Part shown: piece after piece, positions 17,815-24,919 of the stretch
Position numbering within the stretch: position 1 is the stretch's first letter
Layout of the letters: each line of letters opens with the position of its first letter
Source: a virus
Taxonomy: Duplodnaviria > Caudoviricetes
Virus record (IMG/VR): IMGVR_UViG_3300048598_000044
Span: 1 to 24,919 of that record
Length of the DNA: 24,919 nucleotides
Reading direction: 5' to 3' (one strand)
Position numbers and translations under genes: made by a program
Notes under the pieces: generated by a model
What the model was told of the DNA's origin: nothing
Database searches by the model: none
What the model saw: the letters and a program-made list of their open reading frames with translations, nothing else

Positions 17815-17979
17815 TTAATCCTCTTCAATTCGCCATTGAGATCGCTTGGCGTTTGCTTTCCTGGCGATCGCACGAGCATAATTCGCGATTTGCTGCACAG
17901 CCTTTTCGTCGCCCTCAATGATAAGCGACTCAACCGTGACCTTAGTAGATCGCTCGTCGCGTTCAACATTGACGATCAC
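17815..17979 (-). CDS. Small hypothetical protein (54 aa; not in the ORF track)
   Basis: GTGA overlap with the upstream stop and GGAG RBS; MIVNVERDERSTKVTVESLIIEGDEKAVQQIANYARAIARKANAKRSQWRIEED. Confidence 0.6.
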   Translation of the reverse strand: MIVNVERDERSTKVTVESLIIEGDEKAVQQIANYARAIARKANAKRSQWRIEED

Positions 17980-18503
17980 GGAGCAGTCTCCATCGCTCCA
18001 ACCTTGTCGCCAACCCTAGAGCCGGGCCGCATGTGGTATTGGGTTAGCGTCCGCTCGATTGCCTCGATACGCCGTTCATGATCGGCGAGTCTCGCGTCGC
18101 ATTGAGACGTTCCGTGCGGGATCGGCGGACACGGGCATTTGATGCGATCGAAACCGACATTGCTTGGCGGAAGGCTGTTGAGTACCAACAGCGACAGCGA
18201 GATGACGAAGACAGCCACCAGTAGGCACACCGACATGATTTCGATTGCCGTGACGCCATGTCGCTTGCGACTTGATTTTCCCTGCTGTTTCGACAGCTTA
18301 CGAGATGCTGAGTCCACCGGCAGTGGCGGCTGCGTCGCAGCGCCCTCGACAGCAGCCTTCCCGATGCGTGCAATATCCTTGGCGACCTCAGACCCTGAGA
18401 GTGGCGGATCCGTCAAGTCTTCGACCAAGACGTCCTTAGCTTCGTCGATAGCTGCGTCCGTCGCGCCGACAAGCCAGCACTTCAGTTTCGCAAAAAACCC
18501 CAT
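17976..18503 (-). CDS. Single-pass membrane protein with internal prepilin-like cleavage motif
   Basis: SRKRHG|VTAIEIMSVCLLVAVFVISLSLLV at residues 78-107; C-terminal short coiled coil. Confidence 0.7.
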   Translation of the reverse strand: MGFFAKLKCWLVGATDAAIDEAKDVLVEDLTDPPLSGSEVAKDIARIGKAAVEGAATQPPLPVDSASRKLSKQQGKSSRKRHGVTAIEIMSVCLLVAVFVISLSLLVLNSLPPSNVGFDRIKCPCPPIPHGTSQCDARLADHERRIEAIERTLTQYHMRPGSRVGDKVGAMETAP

Positions 18504-18506
18504 GGT

Positions 18507-19709
18507 TTATTTCTCCTGGATTGGAAGTGACGTTTTGGCCTGGTGAACTGCCTGTAGCTCTACAGCGAGCACTTCGGCTGCCTTAGCCAGTTCGGCATCG
18601 GCCGCCTTGATTGCTGCGTCGCGGTCAGCCTCGGCAGCCTGTGCCCGCTGCACGGCCGATAGTGCCGCCGTCGACGGCTTGTAGCTGGCCGACGGAGAGT
18701 CTGCAATCGCCGCCCGTACGCCGGCCATCGCCTGATTGTAGTTGGGGTTTGCCTGAGGAGACGCAACCCATCCTTGAGGAGGAGTTGGCTGTGCAGTAGG
18801 TCCGCCTTGCCATTGCGGTTGCTGCTGATATTGCGGCTGAACGGCCGACGACGAATTCGCGTGTTGCGGGCGACGTTTGATGAGCCAGTAAATCAGCAGA
18901 CCGATCACGATCCACGGCAGCAGAAAGAAAAACAGGCCAATCAGGAACAGCACAAGTTTCCACAAGTGCGAAAACAGATTCTCGATGTCGCCGTCAAACC
19001 AACCTTGTCGCCTATCCGGTTGCTGCTGCGTTCGCCTTGGAGGCCATTCGTTCGGATGAAGATTGATGTCGACATTGGGGAGATTTGGGAGCGAGAATTG
19101 GTTCTGGTACGGCGGCGGGCACGGGCTATTCGGTGGGCAGTTCGGTTGACTGCCCCACGGCGCACCCGCTTCCCCGTGCTGCGACACCGTCAATCGCGGC
19201 GGATACTTTGTCGCGAATGCGGTAATCGCCTCGACCATGCGTTGAGCCAGGCCATCGGCGTCGCCGTCGAATCCCTCGGTGCGGTATACTTGCACGTAGG
19301 GACAGAGCTTGGCTCCTACCGGAGTCGTAACCACCAACGTCGGGAATTGCGTCACCTCATAGTCTTTCAGACGGAACTTCTGCGACTCGTTCGATGCGTC
19401 ATAGACCTGCAGGTGAGCCCACGCGGAATTGTCGTCGGCCGCCAAGGCTCGCAGGTTTTGGTTGCTGGAGAAAGCCGCCTTCAGCGCGTTGCACGGTGCA
19501 CAGTTTGGCCCGGTGAATAACAGCACCTGCCACTTTCCGGCGTCATCGTCCGGAACACTCGCCAATTGGCCAGCAACCCCCTCGCCGTGAACAACGTCTT
19601 TCCCAACCTGCTCGACCTTGTTCGTCCTGAACGGGCCGCCCGTCACCCCGCCTGCGTCCGCGCAAAGCGGCCCCAGTGCGGCAATTAGCACCACCAATGT
19701 CCTGACCAT
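18507..19709 (-). CDS. Exported, membrane-anchored thioredoxin-fold protein (CAPC)
   Basis: Signal-like N-terminus, LLFTGPNCAPC (C70/C73), cis-Pro motif QFPT, Pro/Gln linker, TM ~252-277 and coiled-coil tail. Confidence 0.75.
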   Translation of the reverse strand: MVRTLVVLIAALGPLCADAGGVTGGPFRTNKVEQVGKDVVHGEGVAGQLASVPDDDAGKWQVLLFTGPNCAPCNALKAAFSSNQNLRALAADDNSAWAHLQVYDASNESQKFRLKDYEVTQFPTLVVTTPVGAKLCPYVQVYRTEGFDGDADGLAQRMVEAITAFATKYPPRLTVSQHGEAGAPWGSQPNCPPNSPCPPPYQNQFSLPNLPNVDINLHPNEWPPRRTQQQPDRRQGWFDGDIENLFSHLWKLVLFLIGLFFFLLPWIVIGLLIYWLIKRRPQHANSSSAVQPQYQQQPQWQGGPTAQPTPPQGWVASPQANPNYNQAMAGVRAAIADSPSASYKPSTAALSAVQRAQAAEADRDAAIKAADAELAKAAEVLAVELQAVHQAKTSLPIQEK

Positions 19710-19731
19710 AATCGTCGCTCCTCGTGGTTCG

Positions 19732-20349
19732 TCAGTCCCACCATGCCACCAGCGGAGCTTTCCCCGGAGGCGGAGGCGTTTGGAAAATCACAACCCAACC
19801 ACCGCCCCATGCGTTGTGACGGCGTTTAAAGTCGTCGTAGGCGTACCAGTCGATACGCTGAGGCGAGTTGTTGTCGCAGACCGCGATATAGCTCTGTTTT
19901 GTGATGGATTGGCCCGAATAACCGACTGCGGTGATCATGTGGTTTTGACCCCACAGAATCCCGCACGGACGGCCGTTCCGTAATGCCCACTCAACCCACT
20001 GCATGCTGTCGGGACCCGTGACGTTCCATGCAGGAAGCCTGCGAGCGTCGCAATAAGCCTTCACGCGAGACGGGCTTGAGCCGCCGCGAATCGGCGGACC
20101 GTACGGCGATTGCCAAAGCAGGTTTTCCGCAGCCTGCAGATTGCACGCCACGCCGGCCATGGCCAACGAGCATTGCACGCACGATCCGTCCGGATTCCTG
20201 AACCGGACTCGCTGATCCTGTGGGATTCGCACCACGTACCACGATTGTCCGTCAGGCGATGGGCTGCAATCGTCAGGACCAAACCCGGACGTGGGAGCGT
20301 ATTGGCCGAGCGAAAGCAGAGCTAGTGCAGCGACGGCTAGGTGTTTCAC
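19732..20349 (-). CDS. Secreted papain-fold (C39-like) cysteine peptidase
   Basis: Signal peptide; GSC57VQCS, NH137MITAVG and CD159NNSP give a Cys-His-Asp/Asn order. Confidence 0.7.
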   Translation of the reverse strand: MKHLAVAALALLSLGQYAPTSGFGPDDCSPSPDGQSWYVVRIPQDQRVRFRNPDGSCVQCSLAMAGVACNLQAAENLLWQSPYGPPIRGGSSPSRVKAYCDARRLPAWNVTGPDSMQWVEWALRNGRPCGILWGQNHMITAVGYSGQSITKQSYIAVCDNNSPQRIDWYAYDDFKRRHNAWGGGWVVIFQTPPPPGKAPLVAWWD

Positions 20350-20600
20350 GCGTCGCCCTCCACGGCAGCAATCGCGATCTTCCGAACGATCACCGCGACG
20401 TCGGAAAACGGCACTCCCGCCGACATCGCGACCTGAAACACGCGGGCGTCCGTATCCGGGTTGTCGAGCGATGCTCGCCGCTCCGGCTCTTCGGACCGTG
20501 CAACATCCTCGGCCAGAGCCGCCAGCAGTTCGCGCGCGGATTCGTTGGCGAGGATTGAGACGCAGCTGGGGCTCTGGCCGAGGAATGGTTTGATATCCAT
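20346..20600 (-). CDS. Hypothetical protein
   Basis: 84 aa, coupled to the peptidase gene by a GTGA overlap. Confidence 0.55.
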   Translation of the reverse strand: MDIKPFLGQSPSCVSILANESARELLAALAEDVARSEEPERRASLDNPDTDARVFQVAMSAGVPFSDVAVIVRKIAIAAVEGDA

Positions 20601-20618
20601 GCCCAGAAGTTTCTACGA

Positions 20619-20840
20619 CTATCGCTGGTTGTCAATCGCAGATTGAACGGATTTGGTCATCCGCGACCATTTACGACCATCCGCGACCATTTGAGCGCGA
20701 ACATTTTCCAGTTCGAACCTCCAGCGGCCCTTGAATCGTCCAACTCGCAAGGCTGGGATTTCTCCGTTCGCCGCCATGCGTCGGATCGTCCTCGGTGACA
20801 GCCCCAATTCCTGCGCCAGCTCCCTCGACGTCAACAGCAT
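20619..20840 (-). CDS. Excisionase-family (HTH_17) DNA-binding protein
   Basis: LLTSRELAQELGLSPRTIRRMAANGEIPALRVG..GRWRF; GGAGG RBS. Confidence 0.88.
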   Translation of the reverse strand: MLLTSRELAQELGLSPRTIRRMAANGEIPALRVGRFKGRWRFELENVRAQMVADGRKWSRMTKSVQSAIDNQR

Positions 20841-20854
20841 AGTGCCTCCGTGCG

Positions 20855-21079
20855 TCAATCGTCAGATCGCAACCTGTCGTGAGTTGTGATTCGTTGCGAT
20901 CGCATGTTCGCGAAATGCTTCCTCCGGCACTCTCGCATTGCGTCACGCAAGTACTTCTCGCTAGGGATTCCGCAGCGAGCCATGTTTACGGCGTCAAGCC
21001 GTTGCCGTATTGCGTCCGCAGGCGGGCTCGACGGATCGTACACCAGAAGATCGCGTAGTTGTTTGCCCGAGCCGTTCAC
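20855..21079 (-). CDS. Hypothetical protein
   Basis: 74 aa, GTGA overlap with the upstream gene. Confidence 0.55.
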   Translation of the reverse strand: MNGSGKQLRDLLVYDPSSPPADAIRQRLDAVNMARCGIPSEKYLRDAMRECRRKHFANMRSQRITTHDRLRSDD

Positions 21080-21309
21080 TTCGCTTCGGCCTCAAGCCGG
21101 TGAATAACCAAGTACCGCCCGTTCTCGGACCAGCCAGAGCACGTCTTCGTGTCAAGCCTGTTAGTTCTTCGAATTGCGTTCCTTGCGGCGGATCGCGTCG
21201 CAAACACGGTTACTGTCCCGAACGACTCTTGCAGGATTCCGGATTCGGACATCTCGCACGGAGCACAACCGTTTCTGCTTACAACGTAGCCGAGGTTGCG
21301 TTTTTTCAT
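21076..21309 (-). CDS. Hypothetical protein
   Basis: 77 aa, ATGA coupling. Confidence 0.6.
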   Translation of the reverse strand: MKKRNLGYVVSRNGCAPCEMSESGILQESFGTVTVFATRSAARNAIRRTNRLDTKTCSGWSENGRYLVIHRLEAEAK

Positions 21310-21557
21310 CGCTCACCGCCTTTCACTTCTTCGCCTGCCCATGCTGCAAACGAGCTGATGTACAGCTTCCGTCGCGTTCGCCCTTGCAAGAACAGTACTC
21401 CGGGCTCGGTTGGTTCGGTTCCCGGAAACCCACTCCAATACGGAGGCCGATACTTGTCTCCGATCGCCAGCACCGTGCGGGTGGTCTTTCCTGCACCTCT
21501 GTTTTTGTACGTCGAGCCAACGTTGATATCACTTGGTTTCATCGCTCACTGCCTTTC
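21304..21557. repeat. 21-bp direct repeat pair bracketing a small gene
   Basis: tttcatcgctcaccgcctttc (21304-21324) and tttcatcgctcactgcctttc (21537-21557), 1 mismatch. Confidence 0.85.
21306..21542 (-). CDS. Hypothetical protein (SH3-like small beta domain possible)
   Basis: 78 aa: MKPSDINVGSTYKNRG..RTVLAI..SFAAWA; flanked by 21-bp direct repeats. Confidence 0.65.
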   Translation of the reverse strand: MKPSDINVGSTYKNRGAGKTTRTVLAIGDKYRPPYWSGFPGTEPTEPGVLFLQGRTRRKLYISSFAAWAGEEVKGGER

Positions 21558-21624
21558 TGCTTTGGGTTTAATCCAGCCGATTCACCGTTAGTGGATTCTT
21601 CGGATTGACTACGTGTGGATCAAG

Positions 21625-22695
21625 TCATGCGGCCGGCTCGCCTGCCGGTCGTCTCACCGCTTCCTTCATGGCACCTGCGAGTGATCGAATGTTGTCTGAC
21701 GATTCGTCGATCTCCGGTTCTGACTCTTCCCGCACAACATCGATCGTCGGAGGTCTCACCTGAGCCGTCAGGAACCTCGCTGGCACAACCAGTTCGATCA
21801 GCATGGCGTCAAGATTGCGTCCCCTTGCCTCGCAACCGGTGGCAAGGCAGGTTCGCAAATACGCCCAGGTGTCGTTGCGTTTCTTTCGCCCAGTGTCCTC
21901 GATGGCGTCTTGTAACCAATCCTCGCCCAGTTCGGTGATCGATAGGTACGCAGCCTGAATGACCATGCGACGGTACTTACCCTTGACGGGAGGTGGCACC
22001 TTGAGTCGGCGGGCAATCGCGTTGGCAAGCTCCCTGGAATTTTCCCAAGCATCGCCGCCGCTGCCGCCGCCGGATTGGTCCGCTTGGCCGTCTGGCCGTG
22101 CGACGGCGGTTGGAACCTTAGGAGGCGATGGCGGTGGCAGGGCAGGGCTTGGCTGGGCAAGGCCGTGGCGGGGCGGGGCGGGGCCCTCGCACGGCACACG
22201 CACGCCGTGTGCTTGCCGTGTGCACGCCGTGTGCACGCCGTGTGCTTGGGTATGCGGGTTGTTGGCGTCCAGTTCGACCTCACACTTGGCCCGCTCCTTC
22301 GACTCTAACCGCTTGGTGTTTGGTCGTTTACCGTCTGCGAACCACTCGCCGCGACGAGCCAATTTGTTGTTCACGCTGTCGTCTGCGTGCTCGGACCAAT
22401 CGTGCACCAAGAGGCGACTTCCATGCCTTACAAACAACCCGGCAGAGGTGCGAGATTCTTCCGTCTCGATCAAGGAGGCACCCACAAGGGCGTCTATCAA
22501 TTCGGCGGGGTTGCGATCCCATCCGCAGGCATCGGCGATATCCTCGTCGCTGAACTTTCCGACGTCGCCTGCCGGCGAGTACTCGGCAGTGAAGTGACAC
22601 AGTCGCTCGAAGATTCCGACAGGTCCGTAGGCTGGGATTCCAAGCAGCTTACCAAGCCGCTTCATCTTTGGGTGATCAATTGCGCCTCGCTTCAT
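21625..22695 (-). CDS. Phage replication initiator / replisome organiser-like protein
   Basis: N-terminal DHPKMKRL..L...G....L....G......IA...W...HDW pattern, Pro-rich linker and internal iterons; AAGGAG RBS. Confidence 0.75.
   Translation of the reverse strand: MKRGAIDHPKMKRLGKLLGIPAYGPVGIFERLCHFTAEYSPAGDVGKFSDEDIADACGWDRNPAELIDALVGASLIETEESRTSAGLFVRHGSRLLVHDWSEHADDSVNNKLARRGEWFADGKRPNTKRLESKERAKCEVELDANNPHTQAHGVHTACTRQAHGVRVPCEGPAPPRHGLAQPSPALPPPSPPKVPTAVARPDGQADQSGGGSGGDAWENSRELANAIARRLKVPPPVKGKYRRMVIQAAYLSITELGEDWLQDAIEDTGRKKRNDTWAYLRTCLATGCEARGRNLDAMLIELVVPARFLTAQVRPPTIDVVREESEPEIDESSDNIRSLAGAMKEAVRRPAGEPAA
22136..22186. repeat. GGCNN pentamer array with G-tracts
   Basis: ggcag ggcag ggctt ggctg ggcaa ggccg t ggcgg ggcgg ggcgg ggccc. 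Confidence 0.8.
22201..22244. repeat. Four tandem 11-bp iterons (putative replication origin)
   Basis: cacgccgtgtg, cttgccgtgtg, cacgccgtgtg, cacgccgtgtg inside the initiator gene. Confidence 0.8.
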
Positions 22696-22901
22696 GGTCC
22701 GCACTCCTTTTGCTTCCGCTTTCCCTCGCATACCACGCTCGCAATCACTGCTCCATGCTTGGGGCACCGCCGGGGCTGAATCGGACACCTTACGACATCA
22801 CCGGGTTTCAGCTCGATAAAGCCGATCGTCGCAGGGAATATCTCTGATCCGTTGCTGACCGCGACAAATCGCCTTGCCGGTCCCATTCTGAATTCAGCCA
22901 T
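22692..22901 (-). CDS. Hypothetical protein (69 aa)
   Basis: ATG at 22901 with GGAGG RBS; ATGA overlap with the initiator gene. Confidence 0.5.
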   Translation of the reverse strand: MAEFRMGPARRFVAVSNGSEIFPATIGFIELKPGDVVRCPIQPRRCPKHGAVIASVVCEGKRKQKECGP

Positions 22902-23142
22902 CTTGCACCGCCCTCCAAACCTTCGCCAGACGCCGACCTGGCCACGCCACTCTCTGTCCCTCACAACGCACCAGGCCTGCGATACGGAGGATTCGCACGG
23001 CACCGGCCAATGTTCGCTCGTTGAACCGATCCCGCAGCACGTAGGCCAACTGAACGACGGTAAGGCCTGTCCACCGGAGCACGCCAAGGGCGGCTCGGGC
23101 AGCCTCGGATCGTCGCAGGTAGTTGGCGGCAGCGGGGGTCAT
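22894..23142 (-). CDS. Small winged-helix-like protein
   Basis: 82 aa: GLTVVQLAYVL..ERTLAGAVRILRIAGLV..KVW. Confidence 0.55.
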   Translation of the reverse strand: MTPAAANYLRRSEAARAALGVLRWTGLTVVQLAYVLRDRFNERTLAGAVRILRIAGLVRCEGQRVAWPGRRLAKVWRAVQDG

Positions 23143-23516
23143 TTCTTAGGTTTCGCCTCCTCGGCCAGTCGGCGGGCCTCGGTCATCACCTCCTGAATTG
23201 CACCGACATCGCCATCAACCGCGTATCCGATGATGCGCGAGGTGGCATCGCACATGGGGAGGAATCCGCAGCGTCCGAAGCTCGTCAGCATCTCGACCAG
23301 CCGGGCGTGGTCAGCCGCAATGTCTGCCACGATGGCGTACAGGTTTTCCTTCCAGGCGTCAATGTCCCCAGCTTCGTCGTACGCGCACGCCGCGTCATCT
23401 TGCATCTTGGACCGCAACCAGTGTTTGTACGCGCCGAATCCGGCCCATACTCCGTCGCGGTCTTCGTCGATCAGATGCGACCACGGTAGATTCATCGGTT
23501 TCTGTTCACTCGTCAT
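23139..23516 (-). CDS. Hypothetical protein
   Basis: 125 aa from MTSEQK with GAGGAAGG RBS; ATGA coupling downstream. Confidence 0.6.
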   Translation of the reverse strand: MTSEQKPMNLPWSHLIDEDRDGVWAGFGAYKHWLRSKMQDDAACAYDEAGDIDAWKENLYAIVADIAADHARLVEMLTSFGRCGFLPMCDATSRIIGYAVDGDVGAIQEVMTEARRLAEEAKPKK

Positions 23517-23685
23517 CGGCGTGGCCTTCCTCGACCTCGTAACCGTAGTTGGCGTAGTTGCAAAACGCATCTGATGCGATCTCTTGGAGTTCCTCGTCGG
23601 ACTCCGTGCCGTCGATAGGAATTCGCTCCGTAATCGTGCCCGTACTTCTCGGCCACTCCATCGTCACTACCAGTACCTTGCTCAT
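23506..23685 (-). CDS. Small acidic hypothetical protein (59 aa; not in the ORF track)
   Basis: MSKVLVVTMEWPRSTGTITERIPIDGTESDEELQEIASDAFCNYANYGYEVEEGHADDE; fills the gap exactly and has a GGAG/GAGG RBS. Confidence 0.65.
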   Translation of the reverse strand: MSKVLVVTMEWPRSTGTITERIPIDGTESDEELQEIASDAFCNYANYGYEVEEGHADDE

Positions 23686-23688
23686 CCC

Positions 23689-24153
23689 TCACTCCTGCCG
23701 CTGTGCGGCTGCTACAAAGAACTTCTCTACTCGATTGGCATTGTCGCAAAGCTCGTCGATCGACAAGCAGTGTCGGTTGGCCATGTTGTACATCAACTCA
23801 GGCTCGCCGGGAGCCAACAGAATCAATAGCGGCTTACCTGCGCCAATGAAGTATCCAACCTCCAGGTGCGCTGACCGTCCACACGGCAACACAAGGACTC
23901 CAGCGTCAGCCCACTTCATCGCGTCGAAGTCAGACTTGAATCCCGCCGCCGCAATCGGATGCAATAGCGCCGACCGAAAAGCCTTCGGAGTCCATTGCTG
24001 CCAATCAGGGTCGATCTCCGACCAATGGAACCCGTGGTCACCCTTACAAGGATTCTTGAAGTCGTATACCTCGTGTCCTTCCATTCGGAGCCGTGATACT
24101 ACCTCCTGCTGCTGATCGTTTCTCCAGCTCGACGCTACGTATATCTTCATCAC
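23689..24153 (-). CDS. Nucleoside 2-deoxyribosyltransferase-fold protein
   Basis: KIYVASSW, LRMEGHEVYDF and DFDAMKWAD..VLVLPCGRSAHLEVGY with the NDT-type Glu. Confidence 0.75.
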   Translation of the reverse strand: MMKIYVASSWRNDQQQEVVSRLRMEGHEVYDFKNPCKGDHGFHWSEIDPDWQQWTPKAFRSALLHPIAAAGFKSDFDAMKWADAGVLVLPCGRSAHLEVGYFIGAGKPLLILLAPGEPELMYNMANRHCLSIDELCDNANRVEKFFVAAAQRQE

Positions 24154-24500
24154 TCACCTCCCACCTTTCCAGCCACTGTATCCGACTCGACGAACGTATT
24201 CTGTCCAGCGATCCGAACAAGCTCCTCAACGGCGTTGGCCCAGGCACCGTAGTTCTCGGCACGCTTGCGTGACATCGCTTCATAGGCTGCGTTACGATGC
24301 CCCCATCGACGTTCGTGCTCATCCTCCGAAGCGGCGCACTCCTCGGCACGCTTTCGTCGCATGTCCGCGTTAGTCGCACTGGAGGCTTCGCGCTGCCGTA
24401 GGAACTTCAGCAGTTCGGCGACCGGAGTTATCGTGGTCGACGCCGCTCCGCACATCGGGCAAAACGGCGTCTTCAGTTCACGGTTGCAGCATCGCATCAT
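24150..24500 (-). CDS. Zinc-ribbon-containing hypothetical protein
   Basis: CC...FCPMCG N-terminus, then a coiled coil. Confidence 0.6.
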   Translation of the reverse strand: MMRCCNRELKTPFCPMCGAASTTITPVAELLKFLRQREASSATNADMRRKRAEECAASEDEHERRWGHRNAAYEAMSRKRAENYGAWANAVEELVRIAGQNTFVESDTVAGKVGGE

Positions 24501-24853
24501 TCCCCTCCCGCCAGCTGTGCTTCATTCTCTTCGCGCATCGCGTACTGAATCGCTTCGCTGATCGTCAGTTTCCAACGACGTTTCTCAATGAAGAACATCG
24601 TTTGGCAATCATCTGGTGGTTCGCTCGATAGCGATTGCTGACCGTCAAACGCGACGGCCCAACTTCCCTGGTCGTCGTTGATTAGCGCAGCACCGGATTG
24701 ATTGGCGAGCCAATCCAACTCCGCCACCCGCTGCTTGAGCGTGCCGTTCTCCTGCAATAACGCGGCAATCGCCGCCTTATCGTTTCCGCTCAGATCCCAC
24801 GTTTGCCCGCAGTCGCCCAGCATCGCTTGTAGTCGGTCGATATGGTTGATCAT
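24497..24853 (-). CDS. Hypothetical protein (phage early gene)
   Basis: 118 aa from MINH with GGAGG RBS; ELDWL..LINDDQGSWAV..AIQYAM. Confidence 0.65.
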   Translation of the reverse strand: MINHIDRLQAMLGDCGQTWDLSGNDKAAIAALLQENGTLKQRVAELDWLANQSGAALINDDQGSWAVAFDGQQSLSSEPPDDCQTMFFIEKRRWKLTISEAIQYAMREENEAQLAGGE

Positions 24854-24918
24854 TACTTTTCCTCCATTTTCCAGTCGCCACAACACATTCGCTCGGTCTC
24901 GCTGCAGTAATCAGCCCA
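24853..24918 (-). CDS. C-terminus of an upstream gene (partial)
   Basis: WADYCSETERMCCGDWKMEEK*, with a TAATG overlap into the next start. Confidence 0.35.
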   Translation of the reverse strand, partial: WADYCSETERMCCGDWKMEEK

Positions 24919-24919
24919 T

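Larger units (their letters stand above)
1..24919 (-). mobile_element. Lambda-like siphovirus phage/prophage segment (early genes, replication, packaging, head, tail)
   Basis: Co-oriented, tightly coupled minus-strand genes in lambda order: terS-terL(GpA)-W-portal-protease-decoration-capsid-neck-tube-chaperone-tape measure; no tail sheath. Confidence 0.95.

Noticed and set aside
17803-17820. gattaaccgg shared with the 10530-10539 hairpin
   Set aside because: A single 10-mer match overlapping a stop codon; compatible with chance
20619-20840. Evidence of an integration module
   Set aside because: HTH_17 proteins are often regulators; no integrase or att site is visible in the window
22201-22255. 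CRISPR array interpretation of the tandem repeats
   Set aside because: 11-bp units with no spacers and no cas genes
23513-23749. Tracked 78-aa minus-strand ORF
   Set aside because: The alternative 59-aa frame (23506-23685) has a better RBS, fit and composition

Overview
The whole window is a segment of a lambda-like tailed (siphovirus-type) phage or prophage, with every credible gene on the minus strand. In transcription order (right to left) it contains: small early genes (including a nucleoside deoxyribosyltransferase-fold protein); a replication initiator with internal 11-bp iterons; an excisionase-type HTH; and an unusual cluster at the position where lambdoid phages keep their lysis genes. 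That cluster holds a secreted papain-fold cysteine peptidase, a membrane-anchored CxxC thioredoxin-like protein, a protein with an internal type IV prepilin cleavage motif and several putative virion accessory proteins. A lambda-like cos site follows, then TerS (apparently starting at ATT), GpA-type TerL, gpW, portal, ClpP protease/scaffold, a DUF2190 cement protein with a fibre-like extension, major capsid, neck and tail completion genes, tail tube, frameshifted tail chaperones, tape measure and downstream tail genes. No canonical holin, endolysin or integrase is recognisable. A Planctomycetota host is my inference from protein-family resemblance and was not verified. All calls come from reading the sequence by eye; no searches were run.
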